Shown here one piece after another: positions 34,817-48,100 of a stretch of DNA of 64,000 bases. This DNA is from Chrysemys picta bellii (taxonomy: Eukaryota): positions 20,150,001-20,214,000 of the forward strand of contig NC_088792.1 in the NCBI RefSeq assembly GCF_011386835.1, in the 5' to 3' direction. The notes under the pieces are model-generated. The model saw nothing but the letters and a program-made list of their open reading frames with translations. It was not told the DNA's origin and did not search any database. A program made the translations under genes and the position numbers. Each line of letters opens with the position of its first letter. Position 1 is the stretch's first letter.

Positions 34817-37800
34817 GAAATGGAGGTTACTTATTGTAACTGGAAGTTCTTGAGATGCATAGTCCCTATCTGTATTCCACACGTGGATACACATGCACAC
34901 CACGCACCTGAGTCTGGAGATTTTAACAAGCAGTATCCGTTGGACTGCACCAGTACAGTAAGTCTCCTTGTGCTCCTGACTGAGGGTATAAGAGGCAGTG
35001 AGGTGTATGCCCCCCACCCGGTTCCTCTTCTTACCACAAATCTAACCAGATCCAAAGCACAGGGGATGGAGGACGGGTAGTGGAATGCAGATAGGGACCA
35101 CACATCTCAAAACTTCCAGGTACAGTAAGTAACCTCCATTTCTTTGAGTGCTGGTCCCTATGTATATTCCACACATAAGTGAGTGGCAAGTAGTGCTCAG
35201 GCTGGAAGGGGGTGTGAAGAAGCCAGAAACAAAGATTTTTTCAGTATGGCAGATCCCACTGCTACATCTGCAACAGAGGCCTGGACTTGTGCATGGTGTC
35301 TAGGAAACGTGTATGGAGTTCAAGGTAGCTACTGTACCTATGTTCTGCATTGGGAGTTCCTGCACAGATGACCCACTTGGATATGGCCTGACCTCGGGAT
35401 CGCTCTGTAATTGCAATAGAGTGTTTTGGTGACTTTCCGATAGCTTTGGTTCTTTGCAGGTAAAAAGCCAGAGCATGTGGGACGCCAAGAGAGTGAAGTC
35501 TCTTCTCTTCAGGAGAAGCGTGGGGGTTTTAGAAAAAAAGACAGATAAGTGAATACACTGGTTGATGTGAAATTGAGAGAGGACGATGGGGAGAAATTTA
35601 GGGTGGAGGCGAAGCGATACCTTTTCCTTCTGAAAGACCTCTAGGGAGGATCTGCCATGAAGGTTCCCATTTTGCTGACCCTTCTGGCCAAAGTGAGGGC
35701 CACTAGAAGCACCACTTTCATGAACAGGTGGGACATGAAGCATGTCGCTAAAGGTTCAAACGGTGGTCTGGAGAATTTTGACAGCACAGGGTTAAGATCC
35801 CATAGCAATATAGGTTTAGTGACTGGCAGGAAGGCCTCAATGAGACCCTTCATGAATTGTGTCATAGTTGGGTGGGTAAAAATAGAGTGCTCATCTACTG
35901 GAGGGAAGAAGGCATTAATGGCTGCAAGGTGGGCTTATAACAAGCTAATGAAAAGACCAGACTTTAGATAAAGGAAGTAATCTAAAACAATCCAGATGCT
36001 TGAAGTGACTGGGTAAGACTGATTGTGCTGTACAAAGGTGGAGAAATGCTTCCATTTAGCTAAAGAGCAAGTCCTAGTCAAATCTTTTCTACTCTGGGTA
36101 AGCATAGCTTGCACCAGGGAATAACAAGAGTGTTCTACTTCCAACGCACATCCAAACACAAGGCCTTAAAGTGGAGCGAGGCCAGGCTGGGGTCTTTGAT
36201 TCTGCCCCTGTCCTGCATCAGGAGTTCTGGGAAGGGGTGGGTCTTGACTGGAGGGTGGGCTGACATTGACAGCTCTGGGAACCAAAACTGTCTGTGCCAG
36301 CAGAGTGCTAGGAGAATGACGCTGGGCTTGTGGCACGTATCTTTCTCAGGACCTGTGGAAGCAGAGGAATGGGAGGAAAGGCATACTTGAAACCTTGTAA
36401 GTCATGGCCTATGGCTCCCCTGAAGCAATACAGGGGAAGGGAAATCTTTGTTTGTTTGTTTGGGATGCAAAGAGGTCCCAGGAGATGTGCCCCATTTTCA
36501 GAACGGGCTGTGGATTTCCCACTTGCAGTCTGCCTAGAAGTGCCTGCTGAGGTTGTCTGCTAAGGAGCTGCAAACACCTGGGAGGTATGCTGCCTGGATA
36601 GGAATGTTGTGCCTGATGGACCAGTTCCAAGCCTGACTGCTTACAGATACAGTGGGAAAGATCTTGCTTCTCCGTTTGTTTATGTAGACAATGGCAATGA
36701 TACTGTCTGACATCACTTGGATATGGAAGGCCCATATGAGCGGGGGGAAGGCCTTGCATACGAGGCGGACTGCCCACAGTTGCAGTTATGTTGATGTGTA
36801 GTCTGGCCTCCTGTGGGGTCCATGTGTCCTGTCAGTGTGATTGTTCAGGAGGGTGTCCTACCCCAGAAGGGAAGCATCTGTTACAATGGTGTCAACAGAA
36901 GTGGGAGTAGAGAACCTTTTCTAGGTTCGACTGCCATATGAAGGAAGCGATGATCTTGGCAGAAATGGTCACCTTGGCGTTGATGTGGTCCTTGTTGGGC
37001 AAGTAGACTGAATTGAGCCAGGCCTATAGGCATCATAGATGAAGCTTGACAAAGGGTGTCACTTGAGTGGCCTCGCCAGGATAGGCACATTCTCACTTTA
37101 GTTCTTGGTCTGGAGGATATCAAAGAAACCAGGTTGCACATCATTTGGAATCTTTCTGCAGGGAGGAAGGAAAGCACTTGTAGAAACAGAATCCAATGTA
37201 GCCCCAATGAAGTTTAGCATCCTCGTGAGGGATAAAATGGACGTTTCTCTGTTCAGACAGATCCCCGGGGATGCAAGAAGCTGAATGAGGAATTGTGTAG
37301 CTGACCTGACCTCCCATTGAGAGCATCCTACCAGGAGCCAGTCGTCCAGATATGGAAAAACTGTACGGCCCTGAGGTGTCATCTGGGCCGTCACCACAGA
37401 GAACATTTTTGTAAACACTTTGGAGGCTGTCCCTAGTCCGAAAGGGAGGACTTGGAATTGGAAGTGCTCTTGACTCACCATAAACAATAGGAACCTCCTG
37501 TGGGAGGGATGAATGTCTATATGAAAATATGCCTTCCTCATGTCGACAGCCGCAAACCACATCTCCTCCTGAAGATAGGGAATTATTGCTGCCAATGTTA
37601 TCCTGAATCTCAACTTCTGAATGAAGATGTTGAGTTGCCAAAGATCCAGACGGGGTCTCTAACCTCTGTCTTTTTTGGGAACGAGGAAATACAGAGAATA
37701 GAACCCTCTTCCTTGATTCTGAGGTGGGACCTGTTCTATTGCCCTTTGGTGTAGTAGGGATTTCATTTCCTGTTGAAGAATCACCTTGTGAGAGGGGTCC

Positions 37801-39552
37801 TTGAAGGGGGATCAGGAAGAGGGTTTGTAAAGAGGGAAAGAGAAGAACTTTATAGGGTATGCCTGAGGGATGAGCTTCAAGACCCAACTGTCTGTCATGA
37901 TTAGCTCTCAACTGTGGGCAAAAAGAGTAAGATGGCCCGCAGAAGTGGCAGGAAAAGGGGTATGTGGCACCAGTGATGGTAAGTGTGAATCCTAGGAGGG
38001 GGCTGAGAAGGGGTCACAATCATGGTGGTAGAGAGGGCTGAAAAGCAGAGCCTCTGAGTCTTCTGTTTGCATGGAGACTTGGCAGGACATTGGTAGTAGA
38101 AAGCATGAGGAGGAGGAGTTGGTCTTGGTTTATCGGTCTGACTCTGGTGCCTCCTCCTTTGAGCTGGTATGTAGATCCCCAGGAAGTGGAAGGTCGACCT
38201 CAAGTCCTTTAACGAATGCAGAAAGTCATCAGTTTTCTCATTAAAGTGGTTTGACTCGTCAAAGGGAAGGTCCTGAATAGTATTCTGCACTTCCCTGGGA
38301 AAGCCCAAGGACTGCAACCAAGAATCCATTCTCATAATAATACCAGTGGCTAAATTTCTCGATGCTGTATCCACTACATCAACTGCAGCCTGAAGGGCTG
38401 TTTTTGCCACTAACTTGCCTGCTTTAGAAGGGAGAGGAATTGGGGTCTGTCTTCAGGTGAAAGTTTGTCCTGAGAGGCTACCAGCTTAGAATAGTTGCTG
38501 AAGTTGTACTCAGCTAGCAGGCATGGGAATTGACAATGCAAAATTGCAAGCCACAGAAGAGAAGGTACTTTCTTCCCAAAAGGTAGAGTCTTTTGGAGTC
38601 CTTGTTTGATGGGGTGGTCCAAAAGTATTGTGACCTAGTCCTTTCTGCAGCAGCCTATAGCACCAGGGAATTGGGGGCGGGGTGGGAGAACATAAATTTG
38701 GCTCCCTTTGCCTGGACAAAATAGCTCCTCTTGGCCCTGTTAGGTGTGGTGGCACAGGATACTGGGGTATGCCAGACCAACCTCACTGGTTCCAATATAG
38801 CCTTATTAACCAGGAGGGTTAATGTTCAGCCGTCAGGGGTGTGGGTCTTGAACTTCCTCTAGAGGTATTTGGGGATTGTTAGCCACTCTTTGCAGCAATT
38901 CTTGGTATTCCCTATGGTTGTTCAGTGGGGTAGGAGAAAAAGGAGAGACCGCCTCACCTGGGGAGGAGGAGGAGATTCCTGTCAGAACTGTCGGTACCTG
39001 TGGTTCTGGTTCAATATCCTCCTCGTACATGGAGGGATCCAGAGGTTGGCAAGAAAGAGAAGAGTGGAAAGACTCCGGGGTCGATCCTGGGCATCTGTTA
39101 TAGGGACCCCACAGTCCCCGATGGTGCCAGAAGGAGGAGCTATTTGTGGGGAACCCCAGGGGACAGAGTAACATCGGTCTCTGGGGAGGTTGTGTCTATA
39201 TGTGTAAATCACCTGTTCAGACTTGGCTTTCTCCAGGGAAGCAAACTACACTTACTGCACTAAAACTATGACTATACCAAATCTAAGACTAACTATTTAC
39301 AATTTTATTTACGGGTTCTCCTAAAAACTGAAGAAAAAGAGAACACTAGATTCTGAGTGAGGCCATGTGGCAGTAAGAAAGAACCAAGAGGGCATCAGTC
39401 AAACTGCCTGTTACACCTTGCTCAGAAGCACAAGGAGACCTACTGCATATGTGTGGGCTGATGGACACTCCTTGTTAAAATCTTTGGACACAGCAGCATG
39501 GTGCACATGCATACCCACATGTGGAATACACCTAGGACCAGCACTGGAAGAA
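34817..39552 (-). mobile_element. DIRS1-like copy C, near full-length, decayed
   Basis: ~200-bp inverted terminal repeats; ICR 35080-35180 complementary to both ends; RT ORF 37098..37613 with YLDD; YR 35300-36160; gag 37900-39170. Confidence 0.9.
37098..37613 (-). pseudogene. DIRS copy C reverse transcriptase core
   Basis: AVDMRKAYFHI, QVLPFGLGTASKVFTK, FPYLDDWLL motifs. Confidence 0.88.
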
Positions 39553-39564
39553 GAATATACAAAT

Positions 39565-39705
39565 TAGTCCCACTTTATAGGTGGGGAAAACTAGGGCCAA
39601 ACAGTGGAATGACTTGCCAAAGGCCACAGGAGGACTCAGTGTCAGAGTTAGTACTATAGCTATGGGAGTCCTATCTCACTTTTGTGCTAAATTTACTGAA
39701 CTATC
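39565..39705 (-). mobile_element. MIR-like SINE fragment
   Basis: cccactttataggtggggaaaact...tgacttgccaaaggccaca (CORE-like). Confidence 0.6.
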
Positions 39706-40265
39706 AATTCAGTTCCTTCTTGGGAATTATATATTTTTCTGGGAAATATTTTTTGTTCTTGGTCGCTTTTGAAAGAAAGCCACATCATTATAATTGTGAT
39801 AATGAAGCCCTGGAACAGTAAATTGCCAAGATGTGTGCAAGCCTTGTTTTGTAACTGTATCTTATTGCAATCCTTGGTATTTCTCTCCCAAGTCCTCATT
39901 TGTCTATCTTTGGCCTCATATGTTGCATCATGTCTGAATTTGGAGCAGGGTCCATGTCCGTGTCTTTATTAGCTGCCTAGCACACATCTGATGAGGGGAG
40001 GGGACAGAGGGGTAATTTTAAGAATCCACAAAACATATCAAATTTACAAGCACAAAAAAGAATTAAAGATTGAGAGTGTAAATTAATTAATGTCAAGCAG
40101 AAATTAAGAAACCATACAGCAAAGAAATAAAACCTCTCCAACCACCCCCAACTCAACATGTGTAAAGTTTGAGTGTGTGGAAGATCCAAGTTACAAAATG
40201 AGGAAACTACCAGGCCTCTTGAAATCAGGCCATTAATTCTGAGAACTGGCAACTTAGCCGTCTAA

Positions 40266-40506
40266 GGTTATGTCTACATTGTGTTTGAAAACCCCTGGTA
40301 CTGAGTCGCAGAGCCCACGTCTACAGACTTGGGCTTCTGTTATGATGCTAAAAACAGCAATGTAGACATTGCAGCTCAGGCTCTGAAGTCCACCCTGGGC
40401 CTGAACATCAACAAAGCTGTATTTACCACATAGCGCAAGACCAACTCTGTTAACCTGAGTTCTAAGACTTGCTGCCACAGGTTTTAAAATGCAGTGTCAA
40501 CATACC
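40266..40506. mobile_element. PIF/Harbinger-type MITE
   Basis: taa|GGTTATGTCTACA...TGTCAACATACC termini. Confidence 0.65.
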
Positions 40507-41732
40507 AATAGTGAGAAATGACAGCTATCCAAACTACCAAAGAAAGCTACTGCTGAACTAAGAAAGGATTGCCAGGATTCCTAGGAAACATAACTTATTT
40601 CAACTGCGGTGTTTGTTTGGGCTACAGCAAACCTGAATTTCTGTACCTGTATAATTATTAAAATTGCTATTTATGCATATTAGAATACATGGGCCCAATT
40701 CTCAGATACCTAAAGCCCTTTTCTGCAAGTCTAGCAGTAAAAGGAGTCTCAGAGGACTGGAAACGGACTCCTGAGAATGCCCATGCTTAGGGCGTCTCTT
40801 CAGCAGGTATAAGGGCTCTACATTAGCATTTCTCCCACCCTCACATGCTGTGGCACTAAACTGTTCTCTCCTTCCTAGGGCCCTGAAGCTAGACTAATTT
40901 ACACCAGGAGCACAGCAGGACTCTAACTGCATCAGAATATGGGGAACACAAAAGGTAACTTCAAGCTAATTTTGCTCCCCAATATACTCCCGACTCAAGT
41001 GCAGGACCACAGTAACTGAGACCTGGGACCAACGAGATCGGTTTCTATACTGCAAAGAACTGCACAGTGCTGACTGACTACTTGATTTCTTGCTGTCTGA
41101 CCTCTATGAAGTCCTCATCAAGTTTTCTTCATTGAGAATGCACTCAAGATTAAAGTTATATTTTAACATCCAAATTAATAGCTTGCTTTTTGCCTTTACA
41201 AAGCCTGCTTCAGGCATCAATGCAAACACTAAATTCTGCTCATTGAAAAAATTTCCAGCTTTCATTGCCCAGTTAGCAGAAAGCATCCTAATATACCTAT
41301 CTCCTATGCTACATGTCCCTCCTTACTTGAATTCAAAATCTTCTCATAAAAGTTACAGGAACTGAAACTACTGGCTTTGGCCCCAATCATGCAAACATTA
41401 CTCACTGACTTCATACACAAATGTTCGAAGGATCAGGCCCTGTATGGGGAAAGTCCAATGTCTCGTAGCGGGTTTTGCCATTAGTGTTAATGAAAGTGGT
41501 GCAACTAAGATGCCATCCACTGCACTCAAAAAAATATAATTTCTCAACCTTAAGTATCAAAATCCAATCTCTTGAGTTTGTGAATGGTTAGTTATCAATC
41601 TAAGAACAGGTTTCATTATTCTTTTTGGTCCTGCAAATTGGCATTTCACAATACTGAGCATTAAAACTCAAAACATACAAACTGCTACAGTTGCAAGAAC
41701 ATCAGCATCTATGAAGTTAGAGAAAAATGATC

Positions 41733-41930
41733 ACAGTCTAGTGGTTAAAGAACAGGGAATCTAGATTCTAATCTCGATTCTTGCTGTCCAATCTTGGACA
41801 ATTTGCTTAATCTTTGTGCCTTAATTTCTTCATGTGTAAGAGGAAGAACTATTAAAGGGTATTGTGAGGCTTAAAACTCATTAATGCATAGAACACTTTG
41901 AGATCAATGGATGGTACACACCATAGAAGT
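41733..41930 (+). mobile_element. MIR-like SINE
   Basis: tctagtggttaaag...ttggacaatttgcttaatctttgtgcctta...ttgtgaggctt. Confidence 0.6.
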
Positions 41931-42149
41931 GGAAAGTGGAAAGTTCTAACTACCACTTGTAAAAACAAGAGAAAATCCTTTATCTACATGTATCTGAAGC
42001 TAATTCCACCACTGGGAAAAGTCAATTAGGTATTTTCTGGATATGCACTGGATACTGACATGCTGTCCCAATACAACAAATATTCAATACTCGGTGCAAT
42101 TAAAGCTTTTAAAGAAAATGCTAGTTGTTTTAACTTCGGGTTTTCTTAC

Positions 42150-42287
42150 GTGCTGAGAGCATGGTTTCCCTCCTGGTGGGAATGCCACTGGAAAATGAAG
42201 GGCTCGATGTGGTGGTATCATTTTCTTCTTCTTCAAGATGGAGTTCAGCCAGTGTGCTGTGATGCACCTCTTCCTTTCTCTCACAGC
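42150..42287 (-). CDS. PAXIP1: PAXIP1 exon [46 protein letters not shown]
   Basis: ttggtAG|GCT...CAC|GTAAGA; 138 nt; overlaps ORF 42084..42284. Confidence 0.96.
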
Positions 42288-43880
42288 CTACCAAACACAT
42301 GTATATACAGTTAGAAGTTGTTATTCTAACTTTAACTTATATTAAAAACAGCATGCTAGGACACCCACTTAACCCATTAAAAAGACAGACTTTGCTCTTT
42401 TGAGCTCCCAGAGGATATAATTCTTTCCCCCAGCCCCTTAGGTGCCCTCTTTCACACTACATCTCCTTCAGACATACTATGAACACTAGACCTGGGCGTT
42501 CCGGAAGATACATTTTATTTCTCTTTTAATATTAAAGATGTATTATTATGGAGGAGCTGGTCAAAGGAAACTGTTACTTATTGTAATGACAGCTCTTCGA
42601 GATGTGATGCAGATGTGTATTCTACTTAGGTGTGTACACGCCCAGAGCACCAGAGCCAGAGAATTTTGCCTAGCACTACTAACTGGGGGAGCAGCGCTTG
42701 CACCTCATGGGTGTAACCCTTCCACTAGGCAGCACCACCGCGACACTCAGTTCCTTTGCACCAAAAATCAAGAGTATAGACTCCGATGCAGAGGGGATGG
42801 AGGGTGTGTTGTGAAATACACATCTGCATCACATCTTGAAGAACCACAGTTACAATAAGTAACTGTTTCTTCTTTGAGTAGATTCAGACGTGTATTCCAC
42901 TTAGGTGACTCACAAGCAGTAACTGCAGTAGGTGCACTTAAACAAGGACTGCAAGTCTGCTCTAACAAAGTTTGCATTTGCTCTGGATGCCGCAGTAATG
43001 GCATAATGGTTGGTAAATGTATGCACAGAAGACCAAGTGGCAAACCTGCAAACATCCAATACTGAAACGTCACTTAAAAAACACCATTGACATAGCCTGT
43101 GCCCTCGTAGAGTGAGCTTGCACCCTTTGAGAGGGCATAGCTCATGTTATTTCATATGCAGTCTTCATGCAGGAAGTTATCCACCTGCACATTGCCTGTG
43201 AAGAGACTGCTTGTCCCTTCATCCAGTCTGCATATAACATGAACTGAAAGGGCGAAGTATGAAAGGGTTTAGGCCTCTCCAGGTAAAAGGAGAGACAGCA
43301 CCTAACATCCAGCAAATGAAGACGCTGGTCCTCCAAGATTGAATGCAGCTTGGGACAGAAGACAGGTAAATAAAGTGGTGTCTCAGTTTCACTTGCACCA
43401 GTGTAGGTGTGGCCACAAGGTCACTTTGTCTTTAGAGAACTGCATGTAAGGAAGCTCTGCCATCAAAGCCTGCAACTCACACACTCTCCTCGTGGATGTT
43501 ATAGCCACCAGGAATGCAGTCTTTTGACACGGAAGAGGAAAAAAAGATGCCACAGGCTCAAATGAAGGTCCCATCAGAGCTGCTAAGACCATATTCTGGT
43601 CCCACAAAGAAACTGGTTCTCTCACTGGCAGATGGAGATGAAGGACTCCTTTCAAGAACCATGGCATTCAAAAACACCAACCTCCCCTGGATGGGCAGAT
43701 GAAATGCTGAAATCACCTTCAACAATCTGAGTGCAAGAGCTGAAGATGTAACAAGTACTCCAAGGCATCCTGAATCCCACTCAACAGCAGCTGAACCTAG
43801 ACAGCCAATGATCACACCAAAAAAGTTTTCATTTAGTCAAACTAAAGAGACCCCCTCGTCTCTGTCAAATTCTGCCAGAA

Positions 43881-44206
43881 TTCAGGTATCTAAAAGGGTG
43901 TCATAAGGAGGAGGGAGAGAACTTGTTCACCTTAGCCTCTAAGGATAGAACCAGAAACAATGGGTTTAAACTGCAGCAAGGGAGGTCTAGGTTGGACATT
44001 AGGAAAAAGTTCCTAACTGTCAGGGTGGTTAAACACTGGAATAAATTGCCTAGGGAGGTTGTGGAATCTCCATCTCTGGAGATATTTAAGAGTAGGTTAG
44101 ATAAATGTCTATCAGGGATGGTCTAGACAGTATTTGGTCCTGCCATGCGGGCAGGGGACTGGACTCGATGACCTCTCGAGGTCCCTTCCAGTCCTATAAT
44201 CTATGA
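43881..44206 (+). mobile_element. Young CR1 3' fragment inserted in the YR of DIRS D
   Basis: ORF 43923..44126 (RTRNNGFKLQQGRSRLDIRKKFLTVRVVKHWN); 3' UTR and tail cctataatctatga. Confidence 0.92.
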
Positions 44207-44962
44207 AAAACAGGCCAATCTGGTGGAGGGTTTCCTGCTATTAAGTTAGATCTGTTGAACAGCCTCCAAAATGTGTTCCTTCTCTTCCTCCTCCTCGTCT
44301 AACCATTGATCAGCTACACAGTGAGGAGTAGAGAGCTGAGCGTGGGACACAAGGTCTGACCATGATGCTGGGTCAGAATGAAGAGGGAGAGATGCGGGAG
44401 GCCAAACTGACAACACCAGAAGGTTGGAGAACCAACATTGCCTCAGCCATGCTAGAGCAATGAGGGTGATCTTGGCATGGTCCAACTTAAGTTTGATACT
44501 AATCATCCTGCAGGTAATCCTCAGAGGGAAAGCATACAGGAATTCTGAATCTCAGCCCAGGTGAAAGGCATTGGTCAGCAAGCCCGGACTGAGGCCCCAT
44601 GGAGAACAGATGGTATTTCTAGTTGTCTCTCACAGCGAACAGATTGATCATAGAGATGTCCCAAAATGCAAAGATAGAACACAGGACTCTGGGCTTCAGA
44701 ACCACTCGTGACTCAGGGAGAAATTCCTGCTGAGGTGATCTGCGAGTTGAATCTGGGATCCAGGTAACTAATCAGCCACCGGAGTAATGTTCTCTTTGAT
44801 GCAAACCACCAGCCTGATTGCTTTTTGACACAGCACTGTCAAGCAAGCTCCTCCTTGTCTGTTCACATAATACATTGTTACAAACAACACCAGTGCAGTG
44901 TGAACCACTGAGCTCCTGATATGATCTGGAAAGGCATGGCATGCATTGTAAATGACCCAAAA

Positions 44963-45003
44963 CGAGAGAGAGAGAGAGAGAGAGTGTGAGTGTGAGTGTG
45001 AGT
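44963..45003. repeat. (GA)n(GT)-mixed microsatellite
   Basis: gagagagagagagagagagagtgtgagtgtgagtgtgagt seen directly. Confidence 0.9.
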
Positions 45004-45189
45004 CCTACAGCCTAAAAGATAAATAAAAAGAATCCAACTATGCAGTATTTCTTCTTAATGGGGGCTCAGTCAACTTGATGTTAATTTGAATGTTTGTACT
45101 GCATCGTTCTGATTGCCATTGAACTCGCTTGAATACAAATAATTTTACCAGGTATCCTGTATTCAGCATAGGGAAATATGGTCACCCTA
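45004..45189. mobile_element. Truncated DNA-transposon end inside DIRS D
   Basis: Ends ...ATATGGTCACCCTA (reverse complement TAGGGTGACC, a hAT-like TIR); breaks the DIRS RT; the other end is not seen. Confidence 0.5.
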
Positions 45190-48100
45190 TCCAAAGCAGC
45201 AAACCAGTCATTCTGATTTAACACAGGAGGATAGTTGATAGAGTGACCATCCGGAATCTTACATACCTGATATATCTGTTGAGGTTGCAGAGATTGAGAA
45301 TCAGTCTCACCCCTCCTTTGAATGTGGGAACCAGAATGTTATGGAAATAAAACCCTTGGCTCTGGTGTTGCAGAGGGGCTGCCTCTACAACTCCCACTGC
45401 GACCAAAGACTGAATCTTCTCGAGGAGCAGTGTCTCATGAGAAGGGTCCCTGAAGAGGGATGGGATAGAAGGGCAGAGAGAAGGGATGGAAAAGAACTCG
45501 GTGGAGTAACCTGATCTGATGGTGCTGAGGACCCAGCTGTCGGTGGTAATCGAGCCCCAAACATAAAGAAAATGAGTCAACCTGTCTCCAAATTGGGGAG
45601 ACAGGGACATAGAGGTCACAAGTGGATTGCTACCCTGGACAAAAAAGTCAAAACACATGCTTGGTAGACACCGGGGTAGGACAAGTCGACTGACTGAACC
45701 CAGTACCCGAAGACCTCTGCCTCTTGTACCTATGACCATTTCCCCTGTGGGAGGGAAAGACTGCCCAAATGAGCACCACGAACAACACTGTCGATGCTGC
45801 TGCTGACTGTAAAAATGGCATCGCCGCACCGCTGGAGTATAGATACCCTGAGCGCACAGGGTAGTCCTGGAGTCTTTAAACGAATGCAAGGTTTCATCAG
45901 TCTTATCCGAAAAAAGCACTCGACCATGAAAGGCAGGTCCTCAGTAGTCTGCTGCACATCAGTAGCAATGCCCAAATTTTTCAGCCAAGATGCCCTTCTC
46001 CTGGTTACCGCTGAGGCCTTAACTCTGACTGATATATCTGCCACGTCCAAAGCCACCTGCAAGGATGTCTTGGCCACCAAAGAGCCCTCAGCTATCAATG
46101 CTCAAAAATCCTCCCTGGAGGCTTCTTGGTCTACAAATTTAGACATAGTCTAATTAATAAAATCACACTTGGACAGCAATGCCTGCTGCTTTGCAATACA
46201 TGTTTGCAGGGAAGAAGAGGTATAGATTTTTCTACCCAGCAAGTCCAGCATCTTGGATTCCTTGTCCTTGGGAACAGAGTTTTATCTGCGCTGCCAGGTC
46301 CTATCATTCACTTCAGTCACAACCAGGGAATTAGGGACCGGATAGGAACAGAAGCCCTCAAAACCCTGCATAGGTACAATAACACTTCTCTGAACACTTC
46401 ACCGCAGGTGGCACTGAAGCAGAGTACTCCAAAGAACCTTTGAAGGCTCCAGGAGTGCATTGTTAATAGGGAAGGCTACCCTCCCCAGGGCAGATGGCTG
46501 GAGAATATCCAGTAGTTTGTGAGTATTCTCCAGCCGGAGGTCTGCCTGGATGCCCAAGGTAACAGTCACATGATGCAAAAAGTTCTGGTAGGCCTTTAAG
46601 GAGGGAGAACAGCAGCCTGGTAATGCTGAATCGTCAGGGGATGACGATGAAACAGTCAGCTGCACTAGGGATGAGTCCCACCCCCAAACTGTCAGACCTG
46701 GATGGGACAACTCTGGAGGCCCCAAGGAGGACAGCTCAACTGATGCCAGAACCTCTGGTAGAACCGACATGCCTGCTGATCTTGCTCTGGAATGGGATGA
46801 GGAGTGCAACCTCTGAGACCAAGGAGCGTCCCATGGATTCCAGGGAGGCCACTGGGGATACACTTGGGCCGATGATGGCCAGTAGGCTCTGGGCCAGGGC
46901 CTGTCTCAGTATGATGCTGCTCCGAGAACTGTCTATAGCGCAGATCAAGCGATGGAGAGCAGGAGAACTCCAACCTGGATCCCAAGGAGACCTGGGTCTC
47001 TGGGAACAGTGGTGGAGCTAGTCCCAATGGTGCAAGGAGCCAGTCCAACTCATTTGCTACCCTGTAGGAAAGAGGTTCAGTTGCCAATGATGGAACTGGC
47101 ACATCCGATGCCAAATGCATCACGGTTGCATGTGGTGCCAGGAGCTGTGACAAGGTGGAAGACGGGATCTGCTGCCAAGAGAATGGCAGTGCTATGGGGT
47201 ACACAGGTGCCAAGGAGGTCCTTGGTGCCGGGCCGGGCAATGGCCTCAACTCTGAGTCTGTGGCAGGGAGAGACCACGCTGCATTGCTGATGGACCCTGA
47301 GATTCTGCAACACACCCAAAAGGTGCCAGTGAGGCCATGGATGCTGTAACCCCAGCAAAGTCCTGGATAAATGGGGAGTCCAGAATAGGCAGAGTGGGGA
47401 GTCTGAAACTGATGGGCTGCTGCCCAGTATGCCATTGGTGGGGAAACAGCTGGTGCCGGCACTGATGTCATTGATATCAAACTCAACGAACACCCCAGGG
47501 CCAGAACCAGAGTCAACTCTTGCAAGCCTCTACGCAGAACCAGTGAGCAGTTTGAAGGAACTGCTCCATCCCATATGCCGGAAGTGGCACAGTGCCGGTC
47601 CATACTCTTCTTAGACAAAGAGGAAGAATCTCTATAAATCTGGAACAGTCCTGACTGGTCTTATGAGATCTTTTCCTCGGCGAACTCGAGGAGGGCAAAC
47701 GGCTTCTTCATCTCTTGGGAGAGATGCCAGCCCTAAAGCAGCGAGTGGCATTACTCACCAAGCCAAAGGGTGACCTCTGATCCCACATGGCCCTCAGTGC
47801 TGAAACAGGCCTCAAGGCCTACTCGAGGAAGTGATGCTTAAAGGGGAAGGTCTCTAGCCACCTGAGTCCTTTCAGTGAACAATTTACAAACTGAACACCG
47901 CTCCTTGGCATGACCCTCACCCAAACAGAACAAGCACCTTGTGTGGGGATCACTGATGGGGATTACCCCTCCCCCCAAACAATGAGCAGTGTTTGAACCC
48001 TGGTGAGGGCATCATCCAAGGCAACTAACTACACTAACTTACTAACACTAAGTAGGATACTAACTATACAACCATATACAGAGAAAGCTCTCAGTAACTG

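Noticed and set aside
46692-47618. 308-aa Pro/Ser-rich ORF
   Set aside because: Lies in the low-complexity gag region of DIRS copy D; no independent gene signals.
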